The translations under genes were made by a program, and so were the position numbers. Positions 10,150 through 17,572 of a stretch of 64,000 nucleotides of DNA are shown here, one piece after another. Within the stretch, counting starts at the first letter, position 1, and each line of letters begins with the position of its first letter. The notes beneath the pieces are model-generated. The model was not told the DNA's origin. It worked only from the letters and a program-made list of their open reading frames with translations, and ran no database searches. The DNA lies in NCBI GenBank assembly GCA_902799835.1, contig CADCCF010000005.1, forward strand, positions 193,722-257,721. Direction: 5' to 3'. This DNA is from an uncultured Pseudomonadota bacterium. GTDB taxonomy: Bacteria > Pseudomonadota > Alphaproteobacteria > RF32 > CAG-239.

Positions 10150-12306
10150 ATGCAGGAAAGCAATTTTAACGTAATAATCGACACCGAAAACTATAATGCG
10201 GTGATCGGTGAAGTGGCTAAAATCGATGTCGGTCAGGCGATTAACTATATCAAATCCGGCGAGGCTGAGATTGAAAAAGCCGTTGATGACGGGATTGCTG
10301 AGTTTGATGCTAATGCAACAGCCAAAACCAACGCTTTTAATCAAAATGCCAACGACAAAACAACGGCGTTTAATAATAATGCCAGCGCAAAAACGCAGGA
10401 TTATAACGACAATGCGGTCGCCAAGACAACCACGTTTAATGACAATGCTACCGCAAAAACTTCAAGTTTTGATACTAATGTCACTAATAAGACCAACGCA
10501 TTTAATCAAAACGCTACTGACAAAACTCTCGCTTTTAATACCAATGCGGCGGAAAAACAAGCGGCTGTTGATGCCAGCGCAGTTTTGGCGGAAAGTTTTG
10601 CCAATCAATCCAAGCAATATGCCATCGGTGATCCAACCGAGCCTTTGGGCAACTCTGCCAAATATTGGGCAGAACAAGCATCATCTTCGCTCAGCGGATT
10701 AGCGACACGTGTCAACACAATCGAGGGCAAAATCCCCTCTACGGCAACTGCTAATAATCAGCTGACTGACAAATCTTATGTTGACAACGCCGATAGTAGC
10801 TTGCAACAACAAATTGATGCTATAACCGCGGCAAGCGATGTCACCGATATTGTCGGGACTTATGCCGAGCTTCAGGCTTATGACACTTCAACTTTGCAAA
10901 ACAACAATATTATTAAAGTTTTGCAAGATGAAACGCATAATAACGAAACCACTTATTATCGTTGGGTTATAACCGGCGGAGTGGGAGCTTGGGTGCTGAT
11001 TGGTGAAGAGGGGCCGTATTATACGATTGCCGCCGCTGATGCCACTTTCCAAGAAAAATTGGTTTCCGGCACAAATATTAAAACTGTAAACGGCAATTCA
11101 TTAGTCGGCTCAGGTAATGTCGATATTGATGCTTTGCCAAGTCAGACGGGGCAAGCAGGTAAGTTTTTGACCACCAACGGAAAAACCGCCAGTTGGGCAG
11201 AAGCCAGTGTCACCCCTGACAACAAGTCCATTAGCAAAAACACCTCAAACGCTTTGCAAGCAATCGGTGTCATCGACCAAAACAATCCGGCAAACGCACT
11301 GGGAGTATGGCACGGAACGCAAGCAGAATATGATGCTCTTGCCACACACGATGCCAACACGAGATATGATGTAGATGGTTATGGTGTCTTTATCGGCGAT
11401 GTTCAAATCGCTGCAGGAAGTTCTCAGCTTAACAATCCATTTTCTCTGCTCGATTACAAATATTCAGAGTATGAGTTAAGTAACGCAAGCTGGCTGTTAA
11501 GTAATGGTCAATTTAATTCTGGCACAGTTTATCAATCGGTTTATAATCTTTTGTTGCAAATCTATAACGGGACTGTAACTAAGGCAGGCGTAAGCGTTAA
11601 GCTATCGACCGAAACTTATGCTGATACCGATTTTGTACTCAATACATCTGATACCACTTTCAGATTGCCGTTAAAAGTTGCTCTCGCCAGCGGTAAGGCG
11701 GTTGCAGGTAATGGTAAAATACTTGGACTAACAGACGGAAACACAGAATTTGGTCTGACACACGTTCCAAATTCCTTTTTAGGAACATCATCAAGCATTG
11801 GAACGGATTTGGGAACATCTGCTCCTACTACGTCTCCTAACCCACCAACAAATGTTGCTTATGGCATAACCACAGACGAAACCAAATCCGGTATCGAAAC
11901 CTCTGCCAATGGTCTATATCTTTACTTCTATGTCGGTGAGGTTGTTCAAGATGCCAATATCATTGCCGCCGCTGGTGTGTTGACAGATATAGTAAATTTG
12001 AAAGCTCACAGTATAGTTGAAACTTATGTCAATGGCGATTCATGGTATAGGCTTTACTCTGATGATTGGTGTGAACAAGGAGGGACTATAACCACGCATG
12101 GTTCTTCAACACAGTTTAATCAGGCATTTTTGAAAAATTTTGCAAACATTCCAAATGTTCAGATAACCTTGGAAACAACATATATGCAATCCTACTATGC
12201 AGCACATATGGGCGTCAACTCTGTTACAGTTTCTGGCTTCAACTATTACAGCGGTATGATTGGTTTATCTAAGACATTTTGGCAAGCTTGCGGATATATA
12301 AGTTAA
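10150..12306 (+). CDS. Large tail fibre or tailspike (718 aa) with eight tandem 11-residue repeats near the N-terminus
   Basis: The repeat NA[TS]AKT.AFN. occurs eight times between about nt 10312 and 10575. The distal part is Gly/Ser/Thr-rich and beta-rich. It is followed by a fibre-assembly chaperone gene. Confidence 0.55.
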   Translation: MQESNFNVIIDTENYNAVIGEVAKIDVGQAINYIKSGEAEIEKAVDDGIAEFDANATAKTNAFNQNANDKTTAFNNNASAKTQDYNDNAVAKTTTFNDNATAKTSSFDTNVTNKTNAFNQNATDKTLAFNTNAAEKQAAVDASAVLAESFANQSKQYAIGDPTEPLGNSAKYWAEQASSSLSGLATRVNTIEGKIPSTATANNQLTDKSYVDNADSSLQQQIDAITAASDVTDIVGTYAELQAYDTSTLQNNNIIKVLQDETHNNETTYYRWVITGGVGAWVLIGEEGPYYTIAAADATFQEKLVSGTNIKTVNGNSLVGSGNVDIDALPSQTGQAGKFLTTNGKTASWAEASVTPDNKSISKNTSNALQAIGVIDQNNPANALGVWHGTQAEYDALATHDANTRYDVDGYGVFIGDVQIAAGSSQLNNPFSLLDYKYSEYELSNASWLLSNGQFNSGTVYQSVYNLLLQIYNGTVTKAGVSVKLSTETYADTDFVLNTSDTTFRLPLKVALASGKAVAGNGKILGLTDGNTEFGLTHVPNSFLGTSSSIGTDLGTSAPTTSPNPPTNVAYGITTDETKSGIETSANGLYLYFYVGEVVQDANIIAAAGVLTDIVNLKAHSIVETYVNGDSWYRLYSDDWCEQGGTITTHGSSTQFNQAFLKNFANIPNVQITLETTYMQSYYAAHMGVNSVTVSGFNYYSGMIGLSKTFWQACGYIS

Positions 12307-12317
12307 GGAGAAAACCA

Positions 12318-12692
12318 ATGGAAATTAAAGTCAAATTAAACAAACCTTATACATTCAAGCAACGAGCTGATTTTATTGTCGAGAATAATCACAACAAAGG
12401 CTATGAAATTAAAGAGGTTGCTGATGGGTTAGAGGCTTGGGGTTTAACGAATGAGGAACAAGAACAAGCTGATTTGGAGAATAAGCAAAAATCTATTCGA
12501 GCTACTCGCAATAGTTATTTGCAAGCAACTGATATTTATATGCTGGTTGACTTTCCCGTCACCGATGTTGAGCGTGAAGAATATAAAGCCTATCGGCAAT
12601 ATTTAAGAGATTATACTTTAGGCGAGGATTGGTGGGAGCAAGAGCCCAAGAGTTTCTCAGAATGGAAGGAGGTGATTATCAATGATGAATAG
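12318..12692 (+). CDS. Tail fibre assembly chaperone (Tfa-like, 124 aa)
   Basis: The C-terminal segment SYLQATDIYMLVDFPVTDVEREEYKAYRQYLRDYT resembles the Tfa family signature (LL..SDW...pD......W..YRq.LRD). It lies immediately after a fibre gene. A GGAG RBS is present. Confidence 0.5.
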   Translation: MEIKVKLNKPYTFKQRADFIVENNHNKGYEIKEVADGLEAWGLTNEEQEQADLENKQKSIRATRNSYLQATDIYMLVDFPVTDVEREEYKAYRQYLRDYTLGEDWWEQEPKSFSEWKEVIINDE

Positions 12693-12879
12693 TGAAATTA
12701 TCCAGGATACCAAAGTTGTCGGTTCGGCCGCTTTTGCTTGTGCTCTTGATTATGCGCAAATTTGCAATCAAATGATAACACTTGCCATCAGCATATGTAC
12801 TTTTGTTTATGTTGCCGCCAGGGCATATCAAACAATAAAAGCTTTACGTAAACCTTTCAAAAAGAGGAGACGTAAATGA
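12682..12879 (+). CDS. Holin candidate (65 aa, one TM, highly basic C-terminus)
   Basis: A GGAGGTG RBS precedes it. It has a hydrophobic core (ITLAISICTFVYVAA) and a KKRRRK tail. It overlaps the endolysin start (ATGA). Confidence 0.45.
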   Translation: MMNSEIIQDTKVVGSAAFACALDYAQICNQMITLAISICTFVYVAARAYQTIKALRKPFKKRRRK

Positions 12880-13346
12880 TAGATTTATATACTGTTTCTC
12901 AAAGATTAAAACTTCACGAAGGGCTGCGTTTGCAGCCCTATCGTTGTATAAAGGGCAAACTTACCATCGGGGTGGGGCGTAATTTGGATGATAATCCTTT
13001 AACTCCGGAAGAAGAAAAAATTGTGGGTGATTGGCGTCATGGTATAACCAAAGAAGCTGCAATATATTTGTTGCGCAATGATATCAAATCGGTTTATCGT
13101 GATTTAAAAAAATATCTTCCCTTTTTTAAGGAGTTAGATGAAGAACGACAATATGCATTGATTGATATGGCATTTAATTTAGGTATTGTCGGTCTCCTGA
13201 AATTTCAAAAAATGTTAGCTCATATTGCTTGTGGCAATTATGAACAAGCCGCTGATGAATGCTTAAACAGTCGTTATGCCAAAATTACCGGACGTCGTGC
13301 TGAGCGTATAGCTGAAGTCATACGCCACGGAGTATTCAAGTTATGA
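12876..13346 (+). CDS. Endolysin, GH24 (T4/P22-type) lysozyme
   Basis: The N-terminal segment LKLHEGLRLQPYRCIKGKLTIGVGRNL matches the catalytic motif of GH24 lysozymes (EG.RL..Y.D..G..TIG.G). The Asp position is substituted by Cys. Confidence 0.85.
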   Translation: MIDLYTVSQRLKLHEGLRLQPYRCIKGKLTIGVGRNLDDNPLTPEEEKIVGDWRHGITKEAAIYLLRNDIKSVYRDLKKYLPFFKELDEERQYALIDMAFNLGIVGLLKFQKMLAHIACGNYEQAADECLNSRYAKITGRRAERIAEVIRHGVFKL

Positions 13347-13471
13347 GATGTCTTAAAATCGTTGTCTGGATTTTGGCAGTTATTGCGGTGGGTGTCATGT
13401 TGTGGCGCTCACCGCAATACGCTTATTCAGCGGCACAATCTTTCGTTCTTTTATTGGAGCAAAATATATGA
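13343..13471 (+). CDS. 42-aa single-TM peptide (MRCLKIVVWILAVIAVGVMLWRS...), below the ORF-track size cutoff; possible antiholin or second holin
   Basis: Its ATG overlaps the endolysin TGA (ATGA at 13343-13346). Its own TGA overlaps the Rz-like ATG (ATGA at 13468-13471). It has a strong hydrophobic helix. Confidence 0.3.
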   Translation: MRCLKIVVWILAVIAVGVMLWRSPQYAYSAAQSFVLLLEQNI

Positions 13472-13665
13472 AAGTCAGAGTATTCGTTTATGCCGGTTGT
13501 CTGCTGTTTGCCTATTATCTGGGTTATGCGCAGGCCAAAGTGCAAATAGTGGAAAAACAAGTTGAGGTAATTAAATATGTTCAAACTAAACAAAACCAAA
13601 TTTTATCTGCCCCTCCTGCTTCTAAGCTTGAGTTGCTTGAGCTCATGCGTCGCGGGAAACTATAA
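13468..13665 (+). CDS. Rz-like inner-membrane spanin (65 aa): N-terminal TM plus coiled coil
   Basis: It begins MKVRVFVYAGCLLFAYYLGYA (TM) and continues with a charged helical segment. An Rz1-like lipoprotein ORF is embedded in its +1 frame. Confidence 0.45.
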   Translation: MKVRVFVYAGCLLFAYYLGYAQAKVQIVEKQVEVIKYVQTKQNQILSAPPASKLELLELMRRGKL

Positions 13666-13798
13666 TTATTGTCCGACTTATCCAAATGCTGGCGAAAAAG
13701 TTGCGCAAAGTATTGAACAAATCAATGCGCCGGAATTCTGGGAGTGGTTGGCGCGCATCAACAAACTGCGTCAACAATTAGAACTATGTCAGAAATAA
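13577..13798 (+). CDS. Rz1-like outer-membrane lipoprotein spanin, overlapping the Rz gene in another frame
   Basis: It has a signal peptide with lipobox LLSLSC/LSSC. A Cys-containing mature part is followed by a helical C-terminus. The embedded architecture is characteristic of Rz/Rz1 pairs. Confidence 0.5.
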   Translation: MFKLNKTKFYLPLLLLSLSCLSSCVAGNYNYCPTYPNAGEKVAQSIEQINAPEFWEWLARINKLRQQLELCQK

Positions 13799-13823
13799 TT
13801 TTTTTTATAGAAAGGAGAAAACA

Positions 13824-14015
13824 ATGGACATCCATCCTAAAAACATCTCACCGCTGGGCTACCAAACCGGTGTTGGCGGCATTGATAGTTATGGTGTTAA
13901 TCATAACGGATTTACCAATCAAGATGAGATTGCCTATCAAATGGCTCGCTCAAAACGTGAACAAGATTTGATAAAGCAATATAACGCTCAAGGTATTACT
14001 TCCAACTATCCTTAA
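13824..14015 (+). CDS. Conserved N-terminal module ORF (63 aa), MDIHPKNISPLGYQTGVGGIDSYGVNHNGF...; same frame as the next ORF, separated from it by one TAA
   Basis: A strong RBS (AAAGGAGAAAACA) precedes it. A near-identical N-module recurs at 15467. The downstream in-frame sequence still reads like protein. Confidence 0.4.
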   Translation: MDIHPKNISPLGYQTGVGGIDSYGVNHNGFTNQDEIAYQMARSKREQDLIKQYNAQGITSNYP

Positions 14016-14096
14016 ATCATACCACCAAATTTTTGGGGCAATTCCGCCAATAACTATGGTTTTGGAAATTCTAATATTTCTGCGAATATTGAGAAT

Positions 14097-14690
14097 ATGC
14101 AAAATAACACAACCCCGATACCGGTGGCGACAGCAACGCCGCAACAACAAGCTCAACAGCAACCAAAATCAAATGCTTGGAATATTGTTAAACAGCTTGG
14201 AAATAACTTTGCCGATGCAACTGAGGCCGGAGTTGTAGGTTATGCCACCGGAGCAAGTTTAGGTAATTTTGATGAGGCTATGGGCGGAGCAGCAACGGCA
14301 TTTGGAGTTGATTATAAAGGAGCAAGAGATGCCGTCCGTCAGCTTCAAAATAATTTAAGTCAGCAACATCCGTATGTTTATGGTGCAGGTGAATTTGCCG
14401 GTGCAATGACCACTCCGATGCATTTGGTAAAAGATAACACCTTCGCCAATAAAGCTTTAAATGCGGCAACAGATACCTTAAATGCTTCCACAGGCTATGC
14501 TGAAAATTGGAATGATTTTGCTACCAATTTATTGGTAAACGGAATTGCTAATATTGCAGGATTACCAATAGATAAAATTCCATATACACGTGGAGGTAGT
14601 GTCGTTGGGCGCAAATTTATCAAACAAGGGATTAATTCTGTTGCAGATAAGCTAAAAAACATATATTATGTTGATGAAAATGAAAGATAA
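14097..14690 (+). CDS. Gly/Ala-rich 197-aa protein; candidate toxin or bacteriocin-like body (function unknown)
   Basis: It has a Gln/Pro/Thr-rich N-terminus. Gly/Ala-rich hydrophobic stretches follow (VVGYATGASLGNFDEAMGGAATAFGV, YGAGEFAGAMTTPMHLV). Two small 3-TM paralogs lie directly downstream. Confidence 0.35.
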   Translation: MQNNTTPIPVATATPQQQAQQQPKSNAWNIVKQLGNNFADATEAGVVGYATGASLGNFDEAMGGAATAFGVDYKGARDAVRQLQNNLSQQHPYVYGAGEFAGAMTTPMHLVKDNTFANKALNAATDTLNASTGYAENWNDFATNLLVNGIANIAGLPIDKIPYTRGGSVVGRKFIKQGINSVADKLKNIYYVDENER

Positions 14691-14711
14691 TATATAAAAA
14701 AGGAACAAAAT

Positions 14712-15044
14712 ATGGAAAAAAAGGCCACAAATGGAATCATAAAGACTCTTTTTTATAAAGGAATTGATTTTGTACTTAGTGTGTTAGTTGCATTTGGAAT
14801 TGTTGCGCTGGTAGAAATACATTTTATGGCACCTTTTTTTCCTATTTTGTTCCTTTTGGATTTGTGTCTTATAGCTGGATATCCGTTGTTTTTACGATAT
14901 GTATTAAAAAAGAAATGGTTTGAATGTTGCAAAGATAAATTGTTACAGATAAAATATATATTATTACCTATATTGTTTTTAGAAATATTAGTATTGTTTG
15001 TGATTATAATATGTTATCCAAATGAAATATTGCAAGCTTCATAG
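14712..15044 (+). CDS. Small 3-TM membrane protein (110 aa), immunity-protein-like; paralog 1
   Basis: Three predicted TM helices. It shares the motif PLFLRYVLK[KR]KWFEC.KD..L.IKYILLP with the next ORF. Confidence 0.5.
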   Translation: MEKKATNGIIKTLFYKGIDFVLSVLVAFGIVALVEIHFMAPFFPILFLLDLCLIAGYPLFLRYVLKKKWFECCKDKLLQIKYILLPILFLEILVLFVIIICYPNEILQAS

Positions 15045-15071
15045 ATAAAAAACACAACAAAAAAACAGAAT

Positions 15072-15416
15072 ATGGAAAAAGAGACTATAATAAAAAGAAT
15101 AAAAAAGATAGCATCAGAAGCAATAACTGATGTTATTTGTGTATTGGTTTTATGTGGCTTGATGATTATTTTGGTATTTCATAAATTTGGCCCCCTTTTT
15201 CCTGTTCTGTTCTTGTTTGATTTTTGTTTTATGGTCGGACACCCGTTGTTTTTGCGATACGTTCTCAAACGAAAATGGTTTGAATGCACGAAAGATAATT
15301 TTTTAAGGATAAAATACATCTTGCTTCCATGGTTGATTATGGAACTTTTAGTTTTGTTATATTATCATAAGGTAACATTTTTTATCATCAAAACTGTTAT
15401 GGAAAATAGTAATTAA
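15072..15416 (+). CDS. Small 3-TM membrane protein (114 aa), immunity-protein-like; paralog 2
   Basis: A tandem duplicate of 14712-15044 with the same topology and the same conserved motif. Confidence 0.5.
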   Translation: MEKETIIKRIKKIASEAITDVICVLVLCGLMIILVFHKFGPLFPVLFLFDFCFMVGHPLFLRYVLKRKWFECTKDNFLRIKYILLPWLIMELLVLLYYHKVTFFIIKTVMENSN

Positions 15417-15466
15417 CAAACTGAAAAAATATCAGTATTGATAAAATATAACGAAAGAACAAAACA

Positions 15467-15685
15467 ATGGATATCTATCCTCAAAATATCTCGCCGTTAG
15501 GTTACCAAACCGGACAAAACGGTATCGACAGTTATGGTGTCAACCATAGCGGATTTTCTCTTAGCATCGTAATAAATATAAATAATCCAATGAGTTTCAG
15601 AAATAAAAAAAGCATTACTGATTTAACTCTCAGTAATGCTTTTTTTATATTTAGCAAATTTATTTTGACAATTTCTATATTTTAG
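15467..15685 (+). pseudogene. Orphan or truncated copy of the N-module seen at 13824; it diverges after about 30 aa and runs into a terminator hairpin
   Basis: It begins MDIYPQNISPLGYQTGQNGIDSYGVNHSGF and then loses similarity. The reading frame continues through the palindromic terminator at 15611-15642. Confidence 0.4.
15605..15647. terminator. Perfect 10-bp-stem hairpin flanked by an A-run and a T-run (bidirectional intrinsic terminator); copy 1 of a 41-nt repeat
   Basis: The sequence is aaaaaaagcattactgatttaactctcagtaatgcttttttt. An identical copy lies at 19271-19313. Confidence 0.6.
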
Positions 15686-15919
15686 AATAGCCTGAACTTG
15701 CATTGGTTGATTACCGATGTGAGGTTTGAAACCCTCTTTTCAGGTTATCTGTTAAATCAGATGTAAAAAACTACCTTTTTGCTTTTACGGCAGGAAGGTA
15801 GTTAATAAGATGTATTTTTATATCAAATAAACTACACTATTTCCTGAAAATAGGTTTCAACTTCCTGCCACCTCTCATCAAGGTGGTTTTGTTTTTTAAT
15901 AAAAGAGGGAAATAGGACT

Positions 15920-16606
15920 ATGAAAAAAATTTGTTTTACAATTATCGTTTTGATGGCATTATCAGGATGTGCTTCTGTGCAAGGTTGGAAATATACTGCA
16001 GAACCAAAGATATATAAAAAGCAAGATTTAAATTTAACAATAGCTGTACCTTCACTAAGAGATGAACGCATTAATGAAAATAATGCATTTAAAGCATCAG
16101 GTTGGCTAGCATTAATACCATTGGTTCCATATAGTACGCAATCCGAGTTTAATGTTCCAGAGGCATCACCATTCTTGAATTTTAAACCGACAGAAGATTT
16201 TTCAAAAGCAATTACAGAGGAATTGCAAAATTCTTCAATTTTTAAAGAAGTTTACTATTCAGATCGAACAAAAGATGCTGATTTAATTTTATCTGGAACA
16301 TTAAAAGAATCTCACATAAAGAAATCATGGACATTTTATGGATTATCATTACCAGGAGATTTGTTGTGGTTGTTTGGTGCACCGACAGGCTGGGCAAATA
16401 ATAATATAGTTATTGAATATAAATTAATGGATCAAAATTACAAAATATACTTCGAAAAAACTTATACGGCAAATGTTGAGTTTTACAACAGGTATTGGAC
16501 TAATCCGCACGAAATATTTCGCTTTGAATCAACTCTCAAAAAAATATCTTTAGAATTAGTTGATGATATAAAAGCTATAATTCAACAATTACCAAAGAAT
16601 TTGTAA
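15920..16606 (+). CDS. Lipoprotein of unknown function (228 aa)
   Basis: It has a signal peptide with lipobox LSGC (MKKICFTIIVLMALSGCAS). An AGAGGGA RBS precedes it. A structured leader with a hairpin plus T-run lies immediately upstream. Confidence 0.55.
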   Translation: MKKICFTIIVLMALSGCASVQGWKYTAEPKIYKKQDLNLTIAVPSLRDERINENNAFKASGWLALIPLVPYSTQSEFNVPEASPFLNFKPTEDFSKAITEELQNSSIFKEVYYSDRTKDADLILSGTLKESHIKKSWTFYGLSLPGDLLWLFGAPTGWANNNIVIEYKLMDQNYKIYFEKTYTANVEFYNRYWTNPHEIFRFESTLKKISLELVDDIKAIIQQLPKNL

Positions 16607-16751
16607 TTACAGCAAATATCCATAATCTATTCACAACTCAAAATTGTAACAACATTATAAAAGGGAACTTATATTTCTTATTTATATTCAACCCAAGAGC
16701 TTTGTTTTTTAACAAGGCTCTTTTTTTTATAACTAACTGAAAGGAGAAAAA

Positions 16752-16877
16752 ATGAGTAAAGCAATCGGTAAAGCATTAGGTGCGGGAATAGTTGCACCTT
16801 CCGTTTATGGTACGGAAACTAATATACAAAATTACTTAAATCAATTTAATCAACCGCAAATTGACAATAATTTATGA
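16752..16877 (+). pseudogene. 41-codon leader that duplicates the N-terminus of the tail fibre at 8143; ends at an in-frame TGA
   Basis: A strong AAGGAGAAAAA RBS precedes it. Its product is MSKAIGKALGAGIVAPSVYGTETNIQNYLNQF. The tail fibre begins MSKAIGKALGAGGASTSVYGSESNILNYLKNY. The TGA at 16875-16877 is in the same frame as the GH108 ORF. Confidence 0.45.
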
Positions 16878-16886
16878 TTACAAGCA

Positions 16887-17537
16887 TTGCAAAATCAGAT
16901 GTTGCAACAGCAATCCGCGGGCGTTAATCCTTGGCAACAACAATATAATGCTTTGTTGTTACAAACTTTGCAAAATCAAATACAATTAAAGCAACAGCCA
17001 GTCGATTATTCATTATATGGAACTGATTTTAGTAAAGAATTTATCGATCAAATGCTAGGTGATAATGATTATCAACGCGCATTACAAGAATATGCAATTC
17101 CTAATGAAAAAGGTTATGTAAATAATATAAATGATCCGGGCGGAGAAACCAATATGGGAATATCTAAACGTTATCACCCTAATGAAGATATTAAAAATTT
17201 AACCAGAGAAAGAGCTAATGCTTTGTTATATAATGAAGTGTGGAATTGGAATGGTATCAACAAACTTCCTCGTGAAATAAGAGGATTTGTATTTGATCAT
17301 GGTATCAGAACAAGTCCTCAAAATGCTATTGAAACGACGCATCGAGCATTAGGAATTAATCCGGTTGGTGATATTATTGGTGATATAACATTAAATCTTC
17401 TGCAAAATACGAATTATGAGGATTTTTTACAAAAATACCAAAATCTTGTGAGAGAACAAGATAAGAATAATGCCAACTATAATTACTTTGGCAATGGTTG
17501 GAATAACAGAACAAACGGTTACCATATCTCTTATTAA
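16887..17537 (+). CDS. GH108-family (phage muramidase-like) domain protein
   Basis: The motif EKGYVNNINDPGGETNMGIS matches the GH108 catalytic signature EGGY..D..D.GG.T..GIT. The ORF tool starts it at a TTG. It is in frame with the fibre-like leader upstream. Confidence 0.55.
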   Translation: MQNQMLQQQSAGVNPWQQQYNALLLQTLQNQIQLKQQPVDYSLYGTDFSKEFIDQMLGDNDYQRALQEYAIPNEKGYVNNINDPGGETNMGISKRYHPNEDIKNLTRERANALLYNEVWNWNGINKLPREIRGFVFDHGIRTSPQNAIETTHRALGINPVGDIIGDITLNLLQNTNYEDFLQKYQNLVREQDKNNANYNYFGNGWNNRTNGYHISY

Positions 17538-17542
17538 AGTTG

Positions 17543-17566
17543 AAAAGGAGCTTTTATAAGCTCCTT
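17543..17566. terminator. Bidirectional intrinsic terminator between convergent genes
   Basis: AAGGAGCTT-TTAT-AAGCTCCTT is a perfect 9-bp stem followed by a T-run. Confidence 0.6.
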
Positions 17567-17572
17567 GTTTTT

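Noticed and set aside
10208-10702. 164-aa ORF in an alternate frame of the tail fibre gene
   Set aside because: It is produced by the 33-nt periodic repeat and has a Pro/Leu/Arg-rich low-complexity product. It is an artefact.
13362-13565. 67-aa ORF overlapping the endolysin end and the Rz start
   Set aside because: It has no RBS and lies out of frame with the coupled 42-aa TM peptide and Rz, which explain the region better.
1-13800. Calling the phage region an alphaproteobacterial gene transfer agent (GTA)
   Set aside because: It lacks RcGTA-type tail tube and tape-measure genes. It carries multiple fibres with an S74 chaperone and a full holin-endolysin-spanin cassette typical of a bona fide phage.
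14013-16877. Genetic-code reassignment (TGA=Trp or stop-codon recoding) as the explanation for the in-frame stops
   Set aside because: Long conserved host genes in this window translate full-length under the standard code. UGA functions as the stop in the prfB frameshift site. The two interrupted genes use different stop codons.
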